Shown: positions 29,642 through 39,550, counted from the stretch's first letter. The stretch: DNA of 64,000 bases from Candidatus Yanofskybacteria bacterium RIFCSPHIGHO2_01_FULL_41_26 (GCA_001794055.1 MGJB01000017.1:21339-85338), one strand, 5' to 3'. Program-made: numbers and translations. Notes: a model not told the origin generated them from the sequence alone.

Positions 29642-30580
29642 TTAATGCTCTTTCTTTAAAACGGGGAGTGTAATACTAATGGTCGTTCCCTTCCCAACTT
29701 CACTAATTATGTCAACTTTTCCATTTAAAACTTTTTCGAAGTATTCTTTCAGTAAAAATAAACCTTTTCCAGTGCCTTGCGTTTTTGTAGTAAACCCGTC
29801 TTCAAAAATTTTCTGTAAATTTTCTTCTGTAATACCCGCACCAGTGTCAGTAATGGTAATCGCTACATTATCTCCATGCTTTTCCGCACTAATTTTTATT
29901 GTCCCACCGTTGGGCATTGCGTCAATAGCATTTCTTATTAATTCATTAATTGATTCAATTGTTAGTCCTAAAAAATGATCAATTTCAATTTTTTCACTAG
30001 GTCTTTCTACTTCAAGTATTATATTTGGTCTCTGCTCGGAACCATGCTTATACTGATAATTCAAGTCGTTAAAAACTTCAGACAGGTCATCTTCTCTGGG
30101 GGTAAAATTTTCCGGATTTATCTCAATATCAGAGATAGTAAAAGCATTAAAAACAGGAACATTTTCTATGGCTTGCTCGTTTTCCTGAAGATCTAAATAA
30201 TCCTTTAGCTTATCAGCGTATTCCTCAAATCGTGAAGAAATTAAACCCTTAATGTCATGTACGTAAGTACCCACTAGAGAGTTTAACAAAAAATCACCTT
30301 CTGTAAAAAAATTATCTTGCATCCTATGAACAATACCAATAAGTTCGACAATTATAGAATCCTGTATTTTTTTGAAAGCATCCAAATCTTCTCGAGTTAT
30401 TTTTTGTCCTCCGTGAATCTTGGTAGTAAGTTCATCACAAAAAAATTTCGCTCGGGCTTGCTTTTCTGCAAATTGAGGTATAATTTGCGATCTCAAAAAT
30501 TCGTTTATCTTCGAACAAACTTCTATAATTGGTCTTGGTATGCCATCTTGCTTTGGAGTAAATTTTCTTTCGTTTTCCAT
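29642..30580 (-). CDS. Orphan histidine kinase / HATPase_c protein
   Basis: HDIKG H-box-like, NELIRNA, DTGAGI, FTTK..GTGKGL. Confidence 0.85.
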   Translation of the reverse strand: MENERKFTPKQDGIPRPIIEVCSKINEFLRSQIIPQFAEKQARAKFFCDELTTKIHGGQKITREDLDAFKKIQDSIIVELIGIVHRMQDNFFTEGDFLLNSLVGTYVHDIKGLISSRFEEYADKLKDYLDLQENEQAIENVPVFNAFTISDIEINPENFTPREDDLSEVFNDLNYQYKHGSEQRPNIILEVERPSEKIEIDHFLGLTIESINELIRNAIDAMPNGGTIKISAEKHGDNVAITITDTGAGITEENLQKIFEDGFTTKTQGTGKGLFLLKEYFEKVLNGKVDIISEVGKGTTISITLPVLKKEH

Positions 30581-30616
30581 AAAAATTTTTCTTCCCCCAA
30601 AATTAAAATATGGTTC

Positions 30617-30691
30617 TGGTGCGCGCTGTAGGGATTGAGCCTACGACCTTCTCGACGTCAACGAGACGCTCTACCACTGAGCTAAGCGCGC
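30617..30691 (-). tRNA. tRNA-Val(GAC)
   Basis: Cloverleaf; loop TTGACGT; CCA. Confidence 0.93.
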
Positions 30692-30702
30692 AATTTCCTC
30701 AA

Positions 30703-30789
30703 TGGTGCGCGGGAGAGGATTTGAACCTCCACGCCCTTGCGGGCACCACCACCTCAAGGTGGCGAGTCTGCCAGTTTCTCCACCCGCGC
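30703..30789 (-). tRNA. tRNA-Leu(GAG)
   Basis: Long variable arm; loop TTGAGGT; CCA. Confidence 0.93.
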
Positions 30790-30792
30790 ATC

Positions 30793-31179
30793 CTACTCAG
30801 TTTTTTCTAATTTTTCCGTTTGAACCGAGGTGTCTATCTTCGTTTTTCTTCGGATTTCCTTGGCTGTTTTGTCGCGGAGATAATAAAGCTTTGACCGGCG
30901 GACTTTTGATTTTCTGATCACTTCAACCTTGGCTATCGTAGGTAGAAAGACGGGGAAGGTTTTTTCTACGCCGATACCACCGGAGACCTTTCTTACCGTA
31001 ACTGTTCCACCGGCCTGGGCGCCGTGTTTGCGAGCGATTATGATTCCCTCAAAAGCTTGGGTCCGTGTTTTTTCACTCTCTTTGATTTTCTGATAAACTT
31101 TAACAGTCCAACCAGATTTTAGGCCTTCAAATTTATTTTGTCTCAAGTTTTTTGACTGAAATAGTTGAATTTTGTCCAT
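30793..31179 (-). CDS. rplS: 50S ribosomal protein L19
   Basis: RTQAFEGIII, TVRKVSGGIGVEKTFP, KVRRSKLYYLR. Confidence 0.96.
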   Translation of the reverse strand: MDKIQLFQSKNLRQNKFEGLKSGWTVKVYQKIKESEKTRTQAFEGIIIARKHGAQAGGTVTVRKVSGGIGVEKTFPVFLPTIAKVEVIRKSKVRRSKLYYLRDKTAKEIRRKTKIDTSVQTEKLEKTE

Positions 31180-31204
31180 TTCTGGCTAATTAAATTTAAC
31201 TACT

Positions 31205-31900
31205 CTATTGTAGCTGATTTATGAAATTTTGCAACTCATTGGGTAGGTCAATCTCTATTGTCAACGCTTTACCATCTGGAGAAGTGAATTGTAATTTGTA
31301 GGCGTGAAGAAACAATCTTTCTGGCTGATTTGGGCCATTAGACTTTTGACGGCCATATAAAGAATCTCCGGCAACCGGGGTTCCGATGGACTTTAAATGG
31401 ACCCGGATTTGATGGGTCCGGCCCGTATGAGGGGAAACTTCAAGAAGAGTAAAATCTTTAAAATTCTTTACAGTACTATATTCCGTAACCGCTGTTTTTT
31501 CGTCTTTAAGTTTTTTCTTGCCATGAAGTTGAGTGGTTCGTTTCATGCCTATTCTGCCCAAGGGAGCATCAATGACTCCTTTGGGTTCTTTGGGTTTTTC
31601 GTGAACCAAAGCCAAGTAATATTTCTTTATTTTTTTATCTTGAAATAAGTTTTTTAAACAAAGAAATGAGTCTTGATTTTTTGCTATGACCAAAAGGCCG
31701 GAAGTATCTTTGTCTAAACGATGAACCAGTCCCGGTCTCAATGGATCGTCTCCGACGGTTTTTATTTCGGGATATTTTTTAACCAGCCAGCCAGTAACAC
31801 TTTCTTGTTTGTCGTTAGTATCTTTTGGATGAGTGATAAGTCCGGAGGGCTTGTTTATGACGAGGAGATTATCATCTTCATAGATAATACGTAGATTCAT
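31205..31900 (-). CDS. RluA/RluD-family pseudouridine synthase
   Basis: HRLDKDTSG, TGRTHQIRVH, LFLHA. Confidence 0.93.
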   Translation of the reverse strand: MNLRIIYEDDNLLVINKPSGLITHPKDTNDKQESVTGWLVKKYPEIKTVGDDPLRPGLVHRLDKDTSGLLVIAKNQDSFLCLKNLFQDKKIKKYYLALVHEKPKEPKGVIDAPLGRIGMKRTTQLHGKKKLKDEKTAVTEYSTVKNFKDFTLLEVSPHTGRTHQIRVHLKSIGTPVAGDSLYGRQKSNGPNQPERLFLHAYKLQFTSPDGKALTIEIDLPNELQNFINQLQ

Positions 31901-32148
31901 TTTTTAAGTTTTTGTTCGAGATTGTTTGTGAGGTTGCGAAGCTGTTCCACGACTCTCTTTTTGTCTGTTGAGTCCTGAAATAATTTTTGAATTAAACCCG
32001 AAATTGTTTCCATAAGTTCTTCTGATTCTGTATCTGGAAACACAAAGGGTTCTTTCTTTTTTGCTTGTTCAAAATCAACAACATCCGCTGGTTTTTCAGG
32101 TTTTGTTACTCTTTTTATTGATGGTCTAAATTCTTTTATTTCAGCCAT
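31897..32148 (-). CDS. Hypothetical protein
   Basis: ORF directly downstream of tRNA-Leu; 4-nt overlap with the next gene. Confidence 0.55.
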   Translation of the reverse strand: MAEIKEFRPSIKRVTKPEKPADVVDFEQAKKKEPFVFPDTESEELMETISGLIQKLFQDSTDKKRVVEQLRNLTNNLEQKLKK

Positions 32149-32177
32149 GATTTTTTAAATTTATTTTATTTTTTTAT

Positions 32178-32264
32178 TGGTGCCGAGGGTGGGATTTGAA
32201 CCCACACGGGATTACTCCCAACGGCTTCTAAGGCCGTAATGTCTGCCAGTTCCATCACCTCGGC
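32178..32264 (-). tRNA. tRNA-Leu(TAG)
   Basis: Long variable arm; loop CTTAGAA; CCA. Confidence 0.93.
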
Positions 32265-32270
32265 ATTTTA

Positions 32271-32909
32271 TCATATAAATTGTCTGGCTATTTGGTACTT
32301 TCTATCTAAGTAAAATTCGGAGTTGTTGTAAATCAATTTAAAAAGCTTAATCGAATCATCTTTTGCAAAAACAAGTTTACAAACCCGACACTTTCCCATT
32401 TCCTCAATCCATCCCCCTTTTAAATCAGAATTCGCGCTAATACTGTCTTTTATCCATTCAAGAAATTTGGGACTTGCTGAATATAATCTTACTCTTAATT
32501 GAGGTTGAGCACTTTCTGGGTGTTTAAAAATACCAATACTACCGTCTCCATCTATACAACCTCTTAAAAAGTGCCAAAAATATTGTTGTGGGATAGATAG
32601 TTTATCCAAGGTTTTTGATTTTCTTGGACTTAAACCTATAGATAACAAGAACTCATAAAAATTTACATCTCCCAATTGAATCCTGAAACACTTTGTTTTT
32701 TGATATTTATCATTACCCCTATATTTTACTCCTATCTTATTTTTAGATCCTAAGCATTCTCTAAATTTCAAAACAAGCTCCTTATCCTTAGAAGTAAAAT
32801 CGATGTGTCTACCATCATTACACAAACAACCATCTGTAGTAATTAAGCCCATTACATATGCAAATTTAGGACTCCACTCAACCTTTATTTTAGACAATCT
32901 ATTCACCAT
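32271..32909 (-). CDS. Free-standing LAGLIDADG endonuclease-like protein
   Basis: AYVMGLITTDG and HFLRGCIDGDG motifs; ..LDRK. Confidence 0.88.
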   Translation of the reverse strand: MVNRLSKIKVEWSPKFAYVMGLITTDGCLCNDGRHIDFTSKDKELVLKFRECLGSKNKIGVKYRGNDKYQKTKCFRIQLGDVNFYEFLLSIGLSPRKSKTLDKLSIPQQYFWHFLRGCIDGDGSIGIFKHPESAQPQLRVRLYSASPKFLEWIKDSISANSDLKGGWIEEMGKCRVCKLVFAKDDSIKLFKLIYNNSEFYLDRKYQIARQFI

Positions 32910-33015
32910 ATCTATTATACTAAACCCAATATCGTCTGCCAATACCCTTTTCTTCGTCCAACGAAAAACCGACCCAAATGGGTCGGTTTTTCAGACATGT
33001 CTAATTGGTTAATTT

Positions 33016-33384
33016 CTACACATTAAAGAATGACCTTGCGATCAGACCGGCAACGGTCTGTAAAATAACACCGACTGCCAAAACCACCGCAGCTCCGATA
33101 ATTCCGTTCTTTATTCTATCTTTTGCAGCTGTTGATTTTGTTTCATCACCACCGGCAAACATATAGGCGATACCACCCCAAATAATAAATATAACTGCCA
33201 AGATAACACCAACAATAATCAGGAATCTTGCAATTTGCTCTATTCTGTCTTGTATTTCTTGCAAAGTGATGGCACTTCCCGTCACAGGCAGCGTTGGATT
33301 AGGCAGTGCGGCCAAAACCAAAACAGGCACCAATAAAACCAGCGCGGTCATGGAAATATATCCTATCTTTTGTACTTTGTTCAT
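33016..33384 (-). CDS. VirB2/TrbC-like pilin
   Basis: Signal peptide; IIWGGIAYMFAGGD...AKDRIKNGIIG hairpin. Confidence 0.85.
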   Translation of the reverse strand: MNKVQKIGYISMTALVLLVPVLVLAALPNPTLPVTGSAITLQEIQDRIEQIARFLIIVGVILAVIFIIWGGIAYMFAGGDETKSTAAKDRIKNGIIGAAVVLAVGVILQTVAGLIARSFFNV

Positions 33385-33464
33385 TAATCCACCTCCCTTC
33401 AAATTCTTAAAACTTGAAACTTGAAACCGTTAAGCCCCAGGTTTCATGACTCAAGATTCAAGAT

Positions 33465-33851
33465 TTAATTAATAATACAGATCCCCAGAACCTGGAATCT
33501 GCAGAAAAATCCTCTGGTCACGATTCCGGCCACTGTATTAATAATCACTCCAACCCCCAGAACTATCGCCGCTCCGATTGTGGCATTTTTCAATCTTGTC
33601 TGCGCTTCAGAAACCTTGGTAGCATCAGACCCAGCATACATATAAGTAATACCGCTCCAAACGATCATTATTACCGCAATTAAAACACTTGCCACCAGCA
33701 TAAACTGGGCAATTTGACCAATAAGACTATCGACTTCGGGTAGTGTTATCGGCTGTCCAGGAGGCAAGTCTGCTATCTGGCTAGCCCAACCCGTGTGAGC
33801 TATAGCTAAAAACAGAAGCATCACAAATAAAATTCTTGAAACAATTTTCAT
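33465..33851 (-). CDS. VirB2/TrbC-like pilin
   Basis: IVWSGITYMYAGSD...AQTRLKNATIG; start ATG 33851. Confidence 0.85.
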   Translation of the reverse strand: MKIVSRILFVMLLFLAIAHTGWASQIADLPPGQPITLPEVDSLIGQIAQFMLVASVLIAVIMIVWSGITYMYAGSDATKVSEAQTRLKNATIGAAIVLGVGVIINTVAGIVTRGFFCRFQVLGICIIN

Positions 33852-33859
33852 GTTATAAA

Positions 33860-34201
33860 CTAGCTGCAACGCAACGGGATAATTAGCGTGTAATCGGCTC
33901 CCAAAGCATTGGCGACTGTTGCAATAATAGTATAAGTGCCAAGAATTACTAAAATTCCGACCAGTCCCCATGTAAATGACTTCTTGGCTTCAGTGAACTT
34001 GGTTTCGTTTCCTTGGGCCATCATGAATTTAATTCCGTAAATTATTATATAGACAACAATAAGGATAAGTGCAAATCTTGTAAACCAGCAAGCCAATCCA
34101 GTAATTATACCGAAAACACTCTGGATGGTTAAATCAATCCCTTGATATTCACCGGTTGCTAAGAAAATTGTGATTCCGAAATTTTTTAGTTGGTTTTTCA
34201 T
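33860..34201 (-). CDS. VirB2/TrbC-like pilin
   Basis: IIYGIKFMMAQGN...AKKSFTWGLVG; start ATG 34201. Confidence 0.8.
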   Translation of the reverse strand: MKNQLKNFGITIFLATGEYQGIDLTIQSVFGIITGLACWFTRFALILIVVYIIIYGIKFMMAQGNETKFTEAKKSFTWGLVGILVILGTYTIIATVANALGADYTLIIPLRCS

Positions 34202-34203
34202 GT

Positions 34204-35568
34204 TTATTGCGGACGGAAACAACTTCCAAGTTTTTGTCCGTCTATTACCTGCTCGGCAGTCAAATCGCAGGCTAAGCCCGAGGAGCAGTTTACTCCTCCA
34301 ACACAGGCTTCTCCAACAAGGTTTCCTGTTGCTCTTTGACAAATAGAGTTCTTGCATTTCAGGCCTGAAAAACAATTCCTGTCATTGCTACATTTGTTTC
34401 CCACTGCTCCAGTAACCATAGCTCCTCCGGTAGTGCTTCCTGCCGGAAGAGTCGATCGCGAGTTTGCAGAAGGAGCACCCAATTCAAGTACGCTCTGTAT
34501 CAAAGTAACAAATCCGCTTCCGATAAGTATGATGACTAAGCCTACTACTGCCCATTTTAACACATCTCTTGCCTTTGTTATTTTCGCAGGTTCACCGGCA
34601 GCAGTCAAAAACAAAATCCCCGAATACACTATCATAGCAACTGCAATCGGTATTGCCAGATTGAATATCCATTGGGCAAGAATTTTCACCAGGCCCGATA
34701 AATCTTTAACCCCGCCCTTTAGCGGATTCGGAATTTCAAAAGAATATGTTTGTTCTTGGCCTGATTCGCAAGCAGGTTGACCTGAAGTGCCGCAGGTTGT
34801 TCCTCCATCACCGGATTGACAAACGCCTCTGCTGTCGCAAGATATGAGTTGAGATTTGGCCACGTCTGTGCCTTTACATATGATCGTGCCCTGATATGTT
34901 TTGCCGTTCGTCTGGCCGGGTTCATCAAAATCAAATTTATAGTTTGTCTTATCCAACGCGAATTGTCCGTTTCTTACCAGTTTGATCGGATTTATCTCTA
35001 TGGCTCTCCAGAAAGGGTCGGCTCCGCAAAAACTCTTCAACTCACCCGGCCTGGGAATATTTACCAAAAAAGTAAATCTAATAGTGCTCGCATTCAGTTG
35101 CGTCACATTGAAACTCGTAATTGTCGTTCCACCGTTGCTAGATTGAGCTGGATAAAGAAAGATTGGATTTGATTTTATATAACCACTTTGATTTTGAGGG
35201 AGGGCGGTAAAATAAATAGTTCCGGGGTTTTCGCTTCCACCCCTCTCCCAATCCTGAACAGTAAATACGTAATCATAATTAACGGTGCCGGAGGTGCCGG
35301 AAAACCTTTTTACCAAAGGGCCGACTATGCTATCATCGCCAAACACATCACTTTCAAAAATTTGAAGTCCGATGTTTTGATTAGAACAATCGGTCGGATT
35401 TTGGACAGAAATAGTCATTTGAATACTCTCACCCACCTTTACCGTGTTTTTGCTCCACCTTGCACTGGAAACGGTACAAGCAGCCGCTTCGGCTTTTTGA
35501 ACAACCAAAATAGAACCTGTCAAAAATAAAATTGAAAAAAATAATATTTTAATTCTCATAAATTTCAT
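34204..35568 (-). CDS. Large pilin-domain protein with N-terminal beta domains and a Cys-rich C-terminus
   Basis: IVYSGILFLTAAGE...ARDVLKWAVVG; repeated C-x4-C-x-SGL-x-C. Confidence 0.8.
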   Translation of the reverse strand: MKFMRIKILFFSILFLTGSILVVQKAEAAACTVSSARWSKNTVKVGESIQMTISVQNPTDCSNQNIGLQIFESDVFGDDSIVGPLVKRFSGTSGTVNYDYVFTVQDWERGGSENPGTIYFTALPQNQSGYIKSNPIFLYPAQSSNGGTTITSFNVTQLNASTIRFTFLVNIPRPGELKSFCGADPFWRAIEINPIKLVRNGQFALDKTNYKFDFDEPGQTNGKTYQGTIICKGTDVAKSQLISCDSRGVCQSGDGGTTCGTSGQPACESGQEQTYSFEIPNPLKGGVKDLSGLVKILAQWIFNLAIPIAVAMIVYSGILFLTAAGEPAKITKARDVLKWAVVGLVIILIGSGFVTLIQSVLELGAPSANSRSTLPAGSTTGGAMVTGAVGNKCSNDRNCFSGLKCKNSICQRATGNLVGEACVGGVNCSSGLACDLTAEQVIDGQKLGSCFRPQ

Positions 35569-36212
35569 TGGGTAGATGGATTTCCTTTCCACCTCCGCCA
35601 GATAGCGGATCCACCGTACCAGCCGCCGCTCACAAGTCCAATTCCTATTATAAAGTAAATTATAATTTTTTTCATCCCCCCCAAATCTCCTGCGGACGGT
35701 TCAGTCGATATGACCGGAACAGAAGTTGTCGTTTTGCAATCTGACGGGCAAGTTTTGATGTCTTCTCCAACATTGGAATTGCAAACACCATCATCATTGC
35801 AGAAAGAACTCTCGCTAACAAAAATAGATAGAAGTTGTTTCCCCTGTCCATCATAAAAATTAACTTTTTGGCCGTCTGGGGCATAAGGCGCTTTTACCGA
35901 AAGCGTTCCTTTCAAAAATTGAGGATTGCCTTGACGAGGATCAAAAACAAAGTTATCAGCAATTTGGTTGTTAAATGTTATTATTTCACCCTTAAAGGGG
36001 AACTGGGTATTCACGACCTCGGGAACAAATCTCTCTGAAACGACATCGTACTTAAATTCAGAATCTCGATCAGCAAAAAGCTGTCCATTGTCATAATAGA
36101 GCCGAAAAACATAACTCATCTCATAAGTCGGCGTGTCCAGAACAAATTCTGACGCCAAGACGGGACTGATCATAAAGAAAAGCGTCCCAAAAATGATAAA
36201 TAATATCTTCAT
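35565..36212 (-). CDS. Secreted protein with Cys motif and C-terminal TM
   Basis: Signal peptide; CNDDGVC...GE...CPSDC; TM anchor. Confidence 0.75.
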   Translation of the reverse strand: MKILFIIFGTLFFMISPVLASEFVLDTPTYEMSYVFRLYYDNGQLFADRDSEFKYDVVSERFVPEVVNTQFPFKGEIITFNNQIADNFVFDPRQGNPQFLKGTLSVKAPYAPDGQKVNFYDGQGKQLLSIFVSESSFCNDDGVCNSNVGEDIKTCPSDCKTTTSVPVISTEPSAGDLGGMKKIIIYFIIGIGLVSGGWYGGSAIWRRWKGNPSTQ

Positions 36213-37109
36213 TTAAAAATTAACATGAATATTTCCTCCGGTAGCATTATTTGGCTTACAAGCGGCTACATACTCATCTAGAAAAGAGACAACGGCACCG
36301 GAACTTCTTGCTGCTTGATAGAAATACTGGGAACAGCTGTTATGATCCGGCAGAAGATTAAAATCAGCGCACGTCCCACTTTTGCTGGTGCCGGGCTTGT
36401 GGCACTGCGAAATGCTAGGGCCACTACCCCCTTGAATTGTTGAGGACAGCCTTAAGGTGCATTTTCCACCACTCAAGCTGTTGAAGGATGCTATAAATTT
36501 TTTGGCTTGTTCCGATGCCTCTTGAGAAAGCAGGCATACTCCGTCATGGCTTTCACAGCCATGGGTCGGTGTTATGTTGGAAGCATCAACACAGGCCGTG
36601 CCAGAACATCCACTCGAAGAAACTAGACTAAAACTTTGATTACAGGCACCGGAAGGAAGCGGTCCTTCTGAAGGCTGAGGAACCGGAGGTTGAGACACGG
36701 TTGTAACTCTACACTCAAATTTCCACCATTCGGGAGCGATATTATCTTCAGCTATGCTTCTTATTATAGTATTTGTAATTAGCCATGAAGCCAAAATAAT
36801 GGCAACCCCAATAGCGGTATTCCAAAAAATGCTCCTGCCTTTGGAAATTAAACCGGGATTAGCTCCGCCCATCAAAATTAAAAATCCTCCCCAGACAAAA
36901 AGTATCGCCGCCACAGGAGGCATTAAGCCGATCAAAACAAAATCGATTACATTTTTAAGAAGACGAAATAGATCGCATTGATTACAAGGGGTCGGATTAA
37001 CAGAAGTTCCGCATGGTACAAGAGGCCACCAACTGACAGCGTAAGTAAAAATAGGGAAAAACATAAAAACAAGCACTGTCAGAACTATTATTTTTTTGCC
37101 TATTTTCAT
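36213..37109 (-). CDS. Pilin-domain protein with a Cys-rich, possibly M15-like, C-terminal domain
   Basis: LVPCG...C..CD, WGGFLILMGG...GRSIFWN; CH...CADF and GGNIHV. Confidence 0.75.
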   Translation of the reverse strand: MKIGKKIIVLTVLVFMFFPIFTYAVSWWPLVPCGTSVNPTPCNQCDLFRLLKNVIDFVLIGLMPPVAAILFVWGGFLILMGGANPGLISKGRSIFWNTAIGVAIILASWLITNTIIRSIAEDNIAPEWWKFECRVTTVSQPPVPQPSEGPLPSGACNQSFSLVSSSGCSGTACVDASNITPTHGCESHDGVCLLSQEASEQAKKFIASFNSLSGGKCTLRLSSTIQGGSGPSISQCHKPGTSKSGTCADFNLLPDHNSCSQYFYQAARSSGAVVSFLDEYVAACKPNNATGGNIHVNF

Positions 37110-37129
37110 GTTTAGTTGTTGAATTTTAA

Positions 37130-38443
37130 CTATCTTCTGCGTTGCATCAAAACATTTACTCTGGATTCAGCGTTGTTTATTGAGTCTTTAACCGACATCC
37201 TCCCAAAATTTACATCGTCTATCATATCGGCAAATATGCTTTCTATCGCGATATTATCTATCTGATACCAAGAACGGGCAGACAATGCCTGTATGGCAAA
37301 GACTCCAAGATCAAGATCGTTTCTTTGAAGCTCTATCAAGTCTCGGCGGGCGGAAGGACGAAGGGTTGCACTTAGATAATTTTGAGCTCCTTCTTTAGAA
37401 GCAAGATAGGCCACGAATTTCCATGCTTCATTCGGAAATTTAGAACTAGAAGTAACGGCAGCACCCCAATAGTTTGCGTAATTCTTAAGGTCCGTGCTTG
37501 AAACTTGAGGCATAGATGCCACACCAAAATTAAGACGCGAGAATTTATTCTTTAAAACTTCCACCTCATGAGAATAATTGAACATCATCGCGGTTTTCCC
37601 TTCCGTAAAAGCATCAACAGAATAGTGCTGGACATCGTTCCAAGTATAGTTTCTAACCGAAGGATTAGCAAAATCAGTGTAATACTTCAAAGCCAACTCC
37701 CCGACCGGAGTGTTGTTGACCTGTCTAGCAAATGAGGCTCCGATGTTGTCAGCATCTGTCATCCTTACTCCTGTCTGAATCATCAGTGCCGCCAAAATAT
37801 CAGTCGAGCGATTAATGTTCCGGGACGTGCCGATGGCCGCTGCAGATTGGAGAATCTGGCCGCTTCCATCCAGCCGGGTTATGGTTTCCACATCGGAATT
37901 AAACTCTTCCCAGTTCTGGGGTGGACGAGTAATACCGGCACTGTTTAAAATATCTTTATTGTAAAAAAGGGCTAAAGTATCAACATAGAGCGGAAGAGCA
38001 TAAATTTGATTATTAAAAACAAAATCATTGAAAGCCACATCGACAAAATTGGTCTTGTAGTCCTGAATGGTTAACAGAGGTTCTTTTTGTCCGGGAATCG
38101 TGGCCGGAAGAGCCTTTAACTTGTCGCCATGTTTAGGCAGCCAAGAATTATGAATCATGACAATATCCGGTCCAGTACCAGAAGCCAAAGAATCAATCAA
38201 GCTTTTTTCATATTCTTCATAAGAAAAAATCCGGTATAAAACTTTGACCTCCGGATTCTGGGCTTGAAAGCCGGTAATAACTTTATCAAAAGCACTTTTG
38301 TCGTCAAAAACTCCCCAAAATTCAAGAGTAGCAGATTGGGTATTACCTCCGCCACCAATACTTTTTAAAATCAAAATTACCGTCAAAAATACGGCAACAA
38401 CTACTGAACCGACTAAAATGTAGAAGATTTTGTTGGTATTCAT
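37130..38443 (-). CDS. Extracellular solute-binding protein (sugar ABC family 1)
   Basis: LEFWG, GPDI, IYALP..VDTLALFYNK, PQNWEE, AWKFV. Confidence 0.9.
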   Translation of the reverse strand: MNTNKIFYILVGSVVVAVFLTVILILKSIGGGGNTQSATLEFWGVFDDKSAFDKVITGFQAQNPEVKVLYRIFSYEEYEKSLIDSLASGTGPDIVMIHNSWLPKHGDKLKALPATIPGQKEPLLTIQDYKTNFVDVAFNDFVFNNQIYALPLYVDTLALFYNKDILNSAGITRPPQNWEEFNSDVETITRLDGSGQILQSAAAIGTSRNINRSTDILAALMIQTGVRMTDADNIGASFARQVNNTPVGELALKYYTDFANPSVRNYTWNDVQHYSVDAFTEGKTAMMFNYSHEVEVLKNKFSRLNFGVASMPQVSSTDLKNYANYWGAAVTSSSKFPNEAWKFVAYLASKEGAQNYLSATLRPSARRDLIELQRNDLDLGVFAIQALSARSWYQIDNIAIESIFADMIDDVNFGRMSVKDSINNAESRVNVLMQRRR

Positions 38444-38458
38444 CCCGCTAAATTCAGC

Positions 38459-39040
38459 TCAAAGTTTTTTAAATCTCATGCCATAGTGAAATTGTCCGGC
38501 ATTAATATCATTTTCAAAAACCAACTTCTCACCGAGAACAAGAGAACGCATCGCAATCTCGTCGATTCTTAAGTTATCGGGTGGCCCAAATCCTCCGGCT
38601 GCTCTTTTCCAGTCAATTACAACCAGTATTCCTCCGTTTTTTAAAACCCTGACGGCTTCTTTAATAATTTCGGGTTTCTGTTGGGATTGAAAAAGAATGT
38701 TGGCGAGAAGCACCATGTCCTGAGAATTATCCGCCAAACCGGAGCTGCCCGCAACTTCAAGATTGCTTCTGATTGTCTCAACATTTTCAAGTCCAGCTGC
38801 TTTGGCTTTGACCCTGACATTATCTAAAGCAGATTCTTGAATATCTAAGGCATAAACTTTTCCACTGATACCGATTCTCTTGGCTAATAAAATAGTAAAA
38901 TAACCCGCCCCTGAACCAAAATCAGCCACTACCATCCCCGGCGCAATTCCAAATCCAGCCGCAATTTTTTCCGGATTCATAAAACCACCTGTCCCAAGAT
39001 TACTACCCAATCCACTCGTAGGCATGTTTACCGGCTCCAT
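38459..39040 (-). CDS. Class I SAM-dependent methyltransferase
   Basis: VADFGSGAG, VYALDI, RVLKNGG. Confidence 0.9.
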   Translation of the reverse strand: MEPVNMPTSGLGSNLGTGGFMNPEKIAAGFGIAPGMVVADFGSGAGYFTILLAKRIGISGKVYALDIQESALDNVRVKAKAAGLENVETIRSNLEVAGSSGLADNSQDMVLLANILFQSQQKPEIIKEAVRVLKNGGILVVIDWKRAAGGFGPPDNLRIDEIAMRSLVLGEKLVFENDINAGQFHYGMRFKKL

Positions 39041-39127
39041 ACATCAAATTTTACCACAACAAAAGAATTGAGTTATAAACAAACCTCTCGCCCACAACAA
39101 AAACGGCCGAAGCCGTTTTTTTGATTT

Positions 39128-39550
39128 CTACTGACCCCCACCGGGTCGCCACTCTCCGGTTGTTGGATTCTGCCAAACCCATGTCGAATCAACATTTGCA
39201 GTTGGCATTCTCCATGTCCAACTTGTTTCAACATTCGGCTCAGGCCGGCCATAGCAAGCGGCTGATCCGCCCCGATTCAAACAGGAATTACCGCCGCCGT
39301 CTTCCTCAAGCAATGGCGGTTCGTCTTCGTCAGCAAAAGAATTTAAAAATCCAAACCATGATTTATTTTGTGCTAATGTCGTTCTGGTGGCAACCAAAGC
39401 TGCTACCTTATCAGAATCTTTATTTAAAGCTGACCATGCAGCATTCAGGTCCTTAATAGCTGTTGACCTGGTATTAGCTTTAATCGTCTCATTAACACCG
39501 ATTACAAAAATCAGGGTTAATATAATTGTCAGTATTATTTTTTTGTTCAT
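39128..39550 (-). CDS. Secreted hypothetical protein
   Basis: Signal peptide; Trp-rich C-terminus; hairpin terminator about 39100-39122. Confidence 0.6.
   Translation of the reverse strand: MNKKIILTIILTLIFVIGVNETIKANTRSTAIKDLNAAWSALNKDSDKVAALVATRTTLAQNKSWFGFLNSFADEDEPPLLEEDGGGNSCLNRGGSAACYGRPEPNVETSWTWRMPTANVDSTWVWQNPTTGEWRPGGGQ

Noticed and set aside
30610-30917. Plus-strand ORFs 30610-30810 and 30702-30917
   Set aside because: Antisense to tRNA-Val, tRNA-Leu and rplS.
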